Positions 49,113 through 59,191 of a stretch of DNA of 64,000 nt are shown here, piece after piece. The notes under the pieces were generated by a model, which had not been told where the DNA came from, searched no databases, and saw nothing but the letters and a program-made list of their open reading frames with translations. A program made the position numbers and the translations under genes. The DNA is from Squalus acanthias (taxonomy: Eukaryota): positions 140,866,001 to 140,930,000 of the forward strand of contig CM059431.1 of the NCBI GenBank assembly GCA_030390025.1. Reading direction: 5' to 3'. Position 1 is the first letter of the stretch. The number at the start of each line of letters is the position of its first letter.

Positions 49113-52100
49113 TACAAGGCCTACAATTCAGAGCAGCTGAAGGCAGTTAATTAGGGAAACTAGATTCTTTGTTTCAGGGCCTATAAAAACAAGCTTTGCA
49201 GTGCGATATGCACTGAGTGCGGTTTGCACAGAGTGCTGGGAGTTGGGTGAGTCAGGGAGGAGGAGACAGAAGACAGAGCGACGAAGGACAGAGTGGAGAC
49301 CCTTTCCACCTCCACCACGCCTGCAGCTACAAGCTACAACTACAGCAACTTCTACTGCTGAGGTGCCAGAGGGGAGAGAGGAAAGGAGACCAATAACAAC
49401 AACAGAGGGAAGCCATTCCATTACTGCCTCCCCAACTGGTCTCCATTACGAGAGAGGGAGAGAGGAGAAACAAAACCAACACCTGCTTGGAAGGAGAATA
49501 ACATCTAGAGGTGGGTGTTAAAAAGGGCACTCTCCAAAAGACTTTGTATTTGAGGTGGGGGGAGCAAAGAAGAAGGAGAAGACCGGCACAGCAAGGGTTG
49601 TGTGTTGGTGCGTGTGGTTCTTGCTAATAAATAGGCCACACACACCATCAACAAGCACCCCTTGCCTATTGCTTCACCTGGGACAGCTGGAGCTGCCCAG
49701 GCAAAGTCATCAATCTATTTTCCCATCTACAACATCGTTAAGACCTGGTGGTGGACTGAGCCTGGTCATCTCCAGCTTTATTTTCCCAGGTGAAAACATC
49801 TTCTCCCCCCACCAGAAGAACATCAAAAAAGACTATAATTAACATCGGAAAGTGCCCCCCCCTGGAATCACTCACCCACCCACTATCCTGAGTGGCGAAC
49901 AGGCCCGTGCGGCCTTGCTCCTTCGTTCCCCCCCTCTCTCTCTCTCTCTCTTTCTCTCTCTGCCTCTCTCTCTATAACGAGGCACCTCTAATTTTATTAA
50001 TTACCAAATTGAGCAGAGGGGAGGAGGCACCTCTCCCAATTCCAATCATCAAAGGGAGAGGTGTGCCTTCATTTTTAAAACAACCTCCTCTGCTCGGGGA
50101 AAAGACAAAAAAAAACCAAGGCCATTTCAACCATCTCCCGGCCTGTGACTTAAGGTGAGTGTAGCCCTTTATAACTCCTCAGTATGGCGAGCACCTCTTC
50201 GCCGGCGACGGGGCCAGCAAGGTCGTACGCGGGTGTGGCAGCCACGGCCACAGCCAGTCCCGCTGCTTCTGCTGCCCCATCGCCTTTCAGGCTACTGACC
50301 AAAATACTGGGGGTGAAGAGCGACACTCACCCCAACATGACCATAGAGGCTTGCGTCAAAGCCATGGCTGGGGTAGTCGGCCCCTCAGCCATCGTAGCGG
50401 CCTCTAAAATGTACGGAAAGGCTGTGTTCTTCCTGAGGTCGGGGCGGGAGGTGTCCCTGGCCGTCACCAAGGGGCTCACCGTGGGCGGGACCTTCCTGCT
50501 GGTGGATCCGATCGATGAGTCTGTCCAGCCTGTGCCTCCCGGGGACGGGGAAGAGACCCTGCTCGTGGGGGGGGGGGGGGGCCGCAGAACTACCCGCGGA
50601 GGGAAATTATACTGAACAGTTGTTTCTCGCCAGGTCGGGCGTACTGGGGACCGGGGTGGGCGACGCCGATGAGGCTGAGCCCGCCGTATACGGTCAGGAC
50701 TACTCCCAGGTGCTGCTCGATCTGGTGGAGCAATTCAATCAAGGTCCCCGGTCCGCTGGGTCAGAGGATGGTGGCGGTGAAGGGGAAGGCCCCCTGACTC
50801 CGTCTCCGACGCTGGCGCCGGGGGTGTTGGGGGAACTGGCACTAATGTACTCCCCGGTTTTCCCGTGCAACCCGGTGCTGGGGGCGGAGGGGGGCCCTGA
50901 GCCACCGACGCTTCCTGACCCGGCGCCTCTGGAGGACCCCAGGGAGGACTCCTCTGTCGCCGATCCTGGGGGTGGGATCGGGGCAGAGGTAGGGCCAGCT
51001 GATGGCGACCCCCCAGAAGAGGACGGGGACCCGGCGGAGGACACTGAGGATGACATGGAATCCGTCGCCAGCGAGGCGGCGGATACCCTCCTGCCCCCCT
51101 CCGGGTCCCCCCTCATCCCCGTTGTGGAACTCCGGGACTTTGTGGCCATGGGCCAAGGTCGCCAGGATATAATCCGGCTGGCCATTGATAAATGGTCGGA
51201 TCTGGCGCTGCTCGTTTGCTCCGACCGCGCCGCAGTCAAAACCATGGGCGCGGACGAGGCCCTGGGCACGGCCGAGCGGCATCGGATCCGGAAGTTCCTC
51301 GCTGGGCTTAGAAGGGAGCGGCGGTCGACCACCGGCCGCGCTCCCTCCTCCCGTTAGAGTAAGGTAGAGGTTGCACTATGCTCTTGTCATGAAGTTAACC
51401 ATAGCCAGCCTGAACATCAACGGCAGCAGAGAGGTACGCCGTAGATTTAATAACTTTTCGGCCCATCGGGAAGGGAGGCATGCGGTGTGCTTCCTGCAGG
51501 AAACTCACACTGTTCCAGGAGACGAGGCCACGTTGCTCCTGGAGTGGCGAGGAGGGGTCAGCATGAGTCACCTCCCCAACATTTCCGGTGGGGTGGCTAT
51601 GTTGCTGGCCCCGCATTTTCAGCCGGAGATCTTGGGGGTCAAGGAGCATGTGCCGGGCCGCTTGCTCCAGGTCACTGTTCGCCGGGGGGGCGTGCCGTTC
51701 CTTTTAGTGAGCGTGTACGCCCACAAGGCCGGTGCACAGCAAATGCGCTTCTTCAAAGAAGTGTCCGCTCTTCTGGGCACCGTCGACGTCGGCGAGTGCG
51801 TCATCCTCGGGGGGGATTTTAATTGTACCCTTGAGGTGAGGTACCGTTCGGGACCTCTGCAAAGCCTGGCGGTGACGGTGAAGTTGAGGGACCTGGTCGG
51901 GTCCTTCGACTTGGTGGACGTCTGGCGAAATCTTCATCCCGACTCCAGCGCCTTCACTTGGGTGGGGTCTGGAGGAGGAAGGTCCAGAATCGACCGCCTT
52001 TATATTTCCCGGGCGTACGTCTCCTGCGTTCCGGCGGCTTCCATGCAGCCGGTGCCGTGCACGGACCACCACCTGGTGTGGGCGGAGCTCGCTCCTTTGC

Positions 52101-55100
52101 GGGAGCCGGGGGGGGGCCCGCGTACTGGCATTTTAACAACCTGCTGCTGGAGGACGTGCGGTTCCAGGATTCGTTTCGCCGGTTCTGGGCCGACTGGAGA
52201 AGGAAGCAGGGGGGCTTCACCTCCTTGAGGCTATGGTGGGAAGTGGGCAAGGCTCACGTCCGTCTCTTCTGTCAAGAGTACGCAAGGGGGTCGACCAAGA
52301 GGCGGGAGACCCGGGTCGTGCGGTTGGAGCGGGAGGTGCTCGACCTGGAGTCCCGTCTCGGTCAAGTCGTCGAAGACCCGGCCCTGCGGAAGGTGTACGA
52401 AGAGAAGAAGGGCGCGCTGAAGAACCTGCAGCTGGTTGGGTCCCGAGGCGCGTACGTGAGGTCGCGGATGCAGTTCCTTCGGGACCTGGACCGCGGCTCC
52501 CCCTTCTTCTACTCGCTGGAAAAAAGACGAGGGGTCCGTAAGCAGCTCTTGGGGCTGCTGGTCGACGACGGATCTCTGGTCTCGGATCCGGAGGGGATCA
52601 GCGCGGAGACCCGGGCCTATTACGGGGCTCTGTTCTCTCTGGATCCGTCCAGCGAGGATGCGTGCAAAGTTTTGTGGGAGGACCTGCCGAAGGTCGGACC
52701 GGAGGGCGCCGAAGAATTGGACACTCCGCTAAGCTTGGCTGAGCTGACCGGCGCCCTCGGCCAGCTCTCGAGGGGAAAGTCCCCGGGGCTTGACGGGCTG
52801 ACCGTGGAGTTCCACAGAACGTTCTGGGACTTCTTGGGGGGCGACTACGCGCGGGTCCTGGGGGAAAGTCTGGCGACCGGGGAGATGCCCCTCTCTTGGC
52901 GCAGGGCGGTCACTGGCGCCCGGTCTCCCTTCTCAGCATGGACTATTAAATTTTTGCCACAGCCATGTCTGCCCGCCTCGGCACCGTGCTGGCCTACATG
53001 ATCCACCCCGACCAGTCCTATATGGTCCCGGGCCGGACAATCCACGACAACATCCATCTGGTCCGGGACCTGGTCCACCTTTCCCATAGGGCTGGTCTGT
53101 CGGTCGCCTTCCTTTCCCTGGATCAGGAGAAGGCGTTCGACAGGGTGGATCACGAGTATCTTTTCGGGACTCTGTGCGCATTCGGGTTCGGGACGCATAT
53201 CGTCGCCCGGTTCCGACTTCTGCACGCCGCCGTGGAGTGTCTGATTAAAGTTAATGGGTCTTTGACGGCGCCCCTTCGCTTTGGGAGGGGGGTACGTCAG
53301 GGATGCCCCATGTCCGGTCAGTTATATGCCGTTTGCGTGGAGCCTTTCCTTCGCATCTTGCGGAAGAGGTTGACGGGACTGGCTCTGCAAGGGCCGGGCG
53401 TGGAAGTCGTACTCTCGGCTTACGCTGATGATGTGCTCCTCATGTTCACGGATCCCGTCGACTTGCGGAGGATGTGAGAATGCCAGCAGATTTACTCGGA
53501 CGCATCCTCCGCCAGGATCAACTGGGAGAAATGTTCTGGACTCCTGGTGGGCCAGTGGCGGGTGGACTCCCTGCCGGAGGAGTTCAGGCCCTTCGCCTGG
53601 AGCACAACGCACCTCCTCTACTTGGGAGTCTACCTCGGCACTGCCGAGGACACCTGGCCGGCGAACTGGCAAGAGCTGGAGGCCAAAGTCACCGCTCGCC
53701 TAGGACGCTGGACGGGGTTGCTCCGAGTGTTGTCCTACAGGGGTCGAGCGCTGGTTATAAACCAGCTGGTGGCCGCCATGTTGTGGCACCGGTTGGTCAC
53801 TTTGATCCCTCCCGCCTGTGTTTGTCGCCAAGGTATAGCAGATGCTCATCGACTTCTTCTGGGTCAAAAGGAAGCACTGGGTCTCTGCCACAGTTCTGTG
53901 TATCCCGCTTAGGGAGGGCGGTCAGGCGCTGGTGTGCCTTCGCAGCCAGGTGGCGACTTTCCATCTTCAGACGCTGCAGAGGTACCTTTACGTCGAGAAT
54001 CCTCCCAGATGGTGTGCGCTGGCGACGTGTTTCTTCCGTCAGATGCACGGCCTCAACTATGACACGCAGCTCCTGTTTGTGGAATTGGGCCGCACGCGAG
54101 CCTACCTGTGGGAGCTGCCTGTCTTCTACCAGGAACTGCTATTTTTCTGGATCCAGGTCGCCTCCAGGCGGAGTTCTCCCCCGTCAGGAGTGGCGGCTCT
54201 CCTTCGGGAACCGCTGCTCAGGAATCCGCACATCCACGTCCAATGGATCAGGTGGCTGGCGGAGGGCAGGGCTGTGCCTGGCAAGGTGACCAGAGTCGGG
54301 GACCTGCTCTATGGCGGAGGAGCGGGCTGGATGGTGCCGGAGGAGTTGGAGTGGCGCCTCTCCTGGGTCGACGTCTGCCGCGCGACCAAAGCCATCGAGT
54401 CGCTGAAAGTGGCACTGGGCCCGGACTCCACTAGGTGTATCGAGGAGGCTCAAGCACGTGCGGCGATCCCGTCCGAACTGACCTCCGTTCGGACGGAATT
54501 CCTCATCGGTGCGCGGCCCCAAAACCCCTCTCGGGAACCAGCGTCTCACAACTTGAGCCGCCTCGGGGAAATGCCCTCCGTGCCCTTCAGTTCTGCATGG
54601 AGGGGTTTCCTGTACGGGCTGCTCCTGCACACTTTCCACTTTGTCATCTTCGCCTGCCGTCCGGACACGCCTTGGCGTGCCATCTTGCCGTCCGGCGGAG
54701 GCGAAGGTCCCCAATGGAGGGCTCTCTACGCGGGAGTCCTCCCCTTTTCTATTGGGGACATGGCCTGGAGGGTGTTGCACGGAGCAGTCCCGTGCAATCA
54801 GTTTTTAATTAGGTTCACAGACTCCCAGGCTGCCTGTCTTTTTTGCGGCCTCGAGGAGTCCATGTTCTACGTGTACGTACAATGTGAGAGGTTGCAGCAC
54901 CTTTTTGAATATTTGAAGGGGCTGCTCCACGCTTTTTGGTTGCACTTCAGTCCCACGCTCCTGATCTATGGTCACCCGGTGCGGAGCGGAGAGGGCAGGT
55001 CGGAGGACCTCCTCGTAGGACTGCTCCTGGGCCTGGCCAAAGTTGCCATTAACAGGTCCAGGCAGCGGGCGGTCGAGGGGGTCGTTCGGCCCAATTGCCT

Positions 55101-55311
55101 GCCTCTCTTCCGTGGCTATGTTCGCGCCCGGGTGGCCCTGGAGATGGAGCATGCGGTGTCCGCCGGCATGCTTGCAGCCTTCCGAGACCGGTGGGCGCCG
55201 CAGGGACTGGAGTGCATCGTCTCCCCGGACTATGTCATTTTAGTTTAATGAGATAAGTTTCATTTGAAGTTTTGTTAATTTACAGTCGTTTTATGCTGAC
55301 TCAAAAAGAGT
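49113..55311 (+). mobile_element. Tx1-clade non-LTR retrotransposon, copy A (inactivated)
   Basis: ~1.07-kb leader; ORF1 50184-51357 with internal deletion near 50512; ORF2 from ATG 51389 to 55248 with APE (SLNING, LQETH, GGDFN, RIDR, TDH), RT (LDQEKAFD, RQGCP, YADD) and C-terminal CxxC..C; several frameshifts. Confidence 0.92.
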
Positions 55312-55589
55312 TACAAGGCCTACAATTCAGAGCAGCTGAAGGTAGTTAATTAGGGAAACTAGTTTCTTTGTTTCAGGGCCTATAAAAACAAGCTTTGCAG
55401 GGCGATTTGCACTAAGTGCGGTTTGAACAGAGTGCTAGGAGTTGTGTGGAAGAGAAGAAGGAGACAGAGACACGAAGGGCAGAGTGGAGACCGTTCCCAC
55501 CTCCACCACGCCTGTTGCAGCTATTACAAATACTATTACTGTTGAGGTGCCAGAAGGGAGATAGCAGAGGAGAGAGACCAGAGGAGACC

Positions 55590-58500
55590 TTTTTGAGGCA
55601 TTGGGACCAGTTTTGTGGTAGGTGTGACCTATACAAAAGGGACGGTCTACACCTGTGCAAAGATGGAACTGAGGTTCTCGGGGTAAATTTTGATAAAGCA
55701 GTTCGGGAGCATTTAAACTAGTATGGCAGGGGGCTAGAAACCCATGTAGTGAAATAGAGGAAAGTGAAAGGCAGACAGAAATAAATGGTAAAAAGGAGAG
55801 GAACAAAAAACAAAGGGCCAAACTAATTCATAAAAAATGTGAGCATAAAAAAAGCCTGAGGGTTTTATACCTTAATGCGAGAAGCATCAGGAACAAGGTA
55901 GATGAATTAGCTGTGGAAATAGAGGTTAATAATTATGATCTAATTGGGATTACGGAAACATGGTTGCAGGGTGAGCAGGGCTGGGAGCTTAACATACAGG
56001 GGTATTCAGTATTTAGGAAGGATCGACAAAAAAGAAAGGGAGGAGGGGTAGCATTGCTGGTAAAAGAGGGGATAAATGCAATTGAAAGGAAGGATATTAA
56101 CTCAGTTAATACAGAATCTATATGGGTGGAGCTAAGAAATAGCGAGGGGCGAAAAACATTAATAGGAGTGGTATATAGGCCTCCAAATAGTAAAATAGAG
56201 GTTGGGGAGGGCATCACGAGGGAAATTAGAGAAGCGTGCAATAAGAGCACAGCTGTCATCATAGGTGACTTTAACTTACATATAGATTGGACTAGCCTAA
56301 TCAGTAAAAATAATGAGGAGGAGGAATTCCTTGAGTGTTTAAGGGATGGTTATCTGGATCAATATGTCGAGGAACCAACTCGGGAACAGGCTATATTGGA
56401 CTGGGTACTGTGCAATGAGAAGGGACTAATTAGTAATCTTGTTGTACGGGGACCCTTGGGTCAGAGCGATCATAACATGATCGATTTCTCACTCGAAATG
56501 GAGAGCGAAGAAATTGACTCAGAGACTCAGGTCCTGAATTTAAACAAGGGGAATTATGATGCCATTAGACGGGAACTGAGTAGGTCTGATTGGACAACGT
56601 TCCTGGGAGGACTGGAGGTAGATAAACAATGGCAAGCATTTAAAGATAGAATGACAAAATTGCAAAAATTGTTTATACCAATCTGGCATAAAAGGAAATC
56701 TAAAAAGGTGACTCAACCGTGGATAACAGGGGAAATTAGAGACAGCATAAAATCCAAAGATAGGGCGTATAAAATAGCCAAAAAACGCGCCAGAGCGGAA
56801 GATTGGGAACAGTTTAAGATAGAGCAAAGGAGGGCAAAGGGCTTAATCAAGAAGGGCAAAATAGCTTACGAAAGCAAGCTGGCGGAAAATATAAAAACTA
56901 ACTCCAAAAGCTTTTATAAGTATATCAAGAGGAAAAGACTGGTGAAAACCAAAGTTGGTCCATTGCAGTCAGATACGGGGGAATATATAATGGGAAATAA
57001 GGAAATGGCAGACCAACTAAATGCATACTTTGGGTCAGTCTTTACGAAGGAAGACACAAAAAACCTCCCTGGGATATCGGGAAAAATAGGGACATTGGCA
57101 AAGGAGGAACTGACGCAAATCAATATCTCTAAGGATATGGTGTTAAGGAAGCTAAAGGGATTGAAGGCGGACAAATCCCCAGGGCCTGATAACATGCATC
57201 CTAGGGTACTGAAGGAGGTGGCCCTAGAGATAGCGGATGCACTAAGCATGATTTTTCAGAATTCATTAGACTCGGGAACAGTGCCCATGGATTGGAGGGT
57301 AGCTAACGTTACCCCACTATTCAAAAAGGGGGGTAGGGAAAAAGCAGGTAATTACAGACCTGTAAGCCTTACATCAGTTGTGGGCAAAATGCTGGAGTCC
57401 ATCATTAAGGATGAAATAGCCGAGCACTTAGCAAATGGGGACAGGATAGGACAGAGTCAACATGGATTTACAAAGGGTAAATCGTGCTTGACTAATCTAT
57501 TGGAATTTTTTGAGGGAGTAACTGGTAAAATAGATGGGGGAGAGCCAGTAGATGTGGTGTACCTGGACTTCCAAAAGGCCTTCGATAAGGTCCCACATAA
57601 AAGATTAGCATGGAAAATTGAAGCTCATGGGATAAAGGGGAAAGTATTGACGTGGATAGAGAACTGGCTGTCAGATAGAAAACAGAGAGTTGGAATAAAC
57701 GGCTCATTTTCTGAATGGCAGGCAGTAACAAGTGGGGTACCACAGGGATCTGTCCTGGGTCCCCAGCTGTTCACAATTTATATTAATGACCTGGATCAGG
57801 GAGTCGAATGCAGCATTTCCAAATTTGCAGACGACACTAAACTAGGAGGGGGGGTGGGCTCAGAGGAGGAGACCAGGAAGCTCCAGAGCGATTTGGACAG
57901 ACTGGGTGATTGGGCGGATAAATGGCAGATGCACTATAATGTGGACAAGTGCGAAGTTATCCACCTTGGGTGCAGGAACGGGAGGGCAAATTATTATTTA
58001 AATGGCAATAAATTGGGAGAGGGGGAAGTACAGAGAGACCTGGGTGTTCTTGTACACCAGTCACTGAAGGCGAGCATGCAGGTGCAACAGGCGGTCAAGA
58101 AGGCAAACGGTATGCTGGCCTTCATAGCAAAAGGGTTGGAATACAGGAACAGGGATACCTTGCTGCAGCTGTACAGGGCACTGGTGAGACCACACCTCGA
58201 GTACTGTGTACAGTTTTGGTCGCCTCATCTGAGGAAAGATGTTCTTGCCATGGAGGGGGTGCAGCGGCGATTCACCAGGCTGATACCAGGAATGGCGGGA
58301 TTGACCTATGAGGAGAGACTATGTAGTTTAGGGATGTACACACTGGAGTTTAGAAGATTGAGAGGGGACCTCATAGAAGTGTATAAAATTCTGACAGGTC
58401 TAGACAGATTAGATGCAGAAGGAATGTTTCCCTTGGCGGGTGAGAACAGAACTAGAGGACATAATTTAAGGATAAGGGCTAAACCATTTAGGACAGAAAT

Positions 58501-58592
58501 GAGGGGGAATTTCTTTACTCAGAGAGTGGTGAACCTGTGGAACTCATTGCCACAGAGGGCAGTGTACGCCAGCTCATTAAATATATTTAAAA
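55590..58592 (+). mobile_element. Young CR1 LINE segment truncated at both ends
   Basis: Starts in the ORF1 C-terminus (FLRHWDQF...RDGLHL) and ends within ORF2 at SLNIFK; Tx1 leader resumes at ~58593. Confidence 0.93.
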
Positions 58593-58636
58593 ACAACAGC
58601 AGAAGGAAGCCTTTCCATCACTGCCTCCCCAACTGA
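55712..58636 (+). CDS. CR1 ORF2 (APE endonuclease plus RT), open from the ORF1 overlap; last 14 aa from the Tx1 leader
   Basis: Frame is stop-free from 55697; includes YLNARSI upstream of the track's GTG start (55913), GITETW, VYRPP, GDFN, SDHN, DFQKAFD, KFADDTKL. Confidence 0.85.
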   Translation, partial: FKLVWQGARNPCSEIEESERQTEINGKKERNKKQRAKLIHKKCEHKKSLRVLYLNARSIRNKVDELAVEIEVNNYDLIGITETWLQGEQGWELNIQGYSVFRKDRQKRKGGGVALLVKEGINAIERKDINSVNTESIWVELRNSEGRKTLIGVVYRPPNSKIEVGEGITREIREACNKSTAVIIGDFNLHIDWTSLISKNNEEEEFLECLRDGYLDQYVEEPTREQAILDWVLCNEKGLISNLVVRGPLGQSDHNMIDFSLEMESEEIDSETQVLNLNKGNYDAIRRELSRSDWTTFLGGLEVDKQWQAFKDRMTKLQKLFIPIWHKRKSKKVTQPWITGEIRDSIKSKDRAYKIAKKRARAEDWEQFKIEQRRAKGLIKKGKIAYESKLAENIKTNSKSFYKYIKRKRLVKTKVGPLQSDTGEYIMGNKEMADQLNAYFGSVFTKEDTKNLPGISGKIGTLAKEELTQINISKDMVLRKLKGLKADKSPGPDNMHPRVLKEVALEIADALSMIFQNSLDSGTVPMDWRVANVTPLFKKGGREKAGNYRPVSLTSVVGKMLESIIKDEIAEHLANGDRIGQSQHGFTKGKSCLTNLLEFFEGVTGKIDGGEPVDVVYLDFQKAFDKVPHKRLAWKIEAHGIKGKVLTWIENWLSDRKQRVGINGSFSEWQAVTSGVPQGSVLGPQLFTIYINDLDQGVECSISKFADDTKLGGGVGSEEETRKLQSDLDRLGDWADKWQMHYNVDKCEVIHLGCRNGRANYYLNGNKLGEGEVQRDLGVLVHQSLKASMQVQQAVKKANGMLAFIAKGLEYRNRDTLLQLYRALVRPHLEYCVQFWSPHLRKDVLAMEGVQRRFTRLIPGMAGLTYEERLCSLGMYTLEFRRLRGDLIEVYKILTGLDRLDAEGMFPLAGENRTRGHNLRIRAKPFRTEMRGNFFTQRVVNLWNSLPQRAVYASSLNIFKNNSRRKPFHHCLPN

Positions 58637-59153
58637 TCTCCAGTAAGAGAGAGGGAGAGAGGAGAAACAAAACCAACACCCGTTTGGAAGGAGGGAGAGC
58701 GAGCCATCGAGGAGAATAACATCTCGAGGTGGGTGTTAAAAAGGGCACCCTCCAAAAGACTTTGTATTTGAGGTGCGGGGAGGAAAGAAGAAGGAGAAGA
58801 CCGGGATAACAAGGGATGTGTGTTGGTGTGTGTGGCTCTTGCTAATAACTAGGCCGCGCACACCATCAACAAGCACCCCTTGCCTAGTGCTTGACCTGGG
58901 ACAGCTGGAGCTGCCCAGGCAAAGTCATCAACCTATTTTCCAATCTACAACATCGTTAAGACCTGGTGGTGGACTGAGCCTGGGCATCTCCAGCTTTATT
59001 TTCCCAGGTGAAGACATCTTCTCCCCCCACCAGAAGAACATCAACAAAGACTGTAATTAACATCGGAGAGTGCCCCCCCCCCCCGGAAGCAACCACCCAC
59101 CCACTATCCTGAGTGGCGAACAGGCCCGTGCGGCCTTCCTCCTTCCCACCCAG

Positions 59154-59191
<38 letters not shown>

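Noticed and set aside
50739..54780. Many antisense and alternate-frame ORFs within the Tx1 elements
   Set aside because: Expected in GC-rich retroelement sequence; no independent domain signatures.
55416..55721. Tx1-leader/CR1-ORF1 fusion ORF as a real protein
   Set aside because: Starts at GTG, short, and an in-frame junction arises by chance one time in three.
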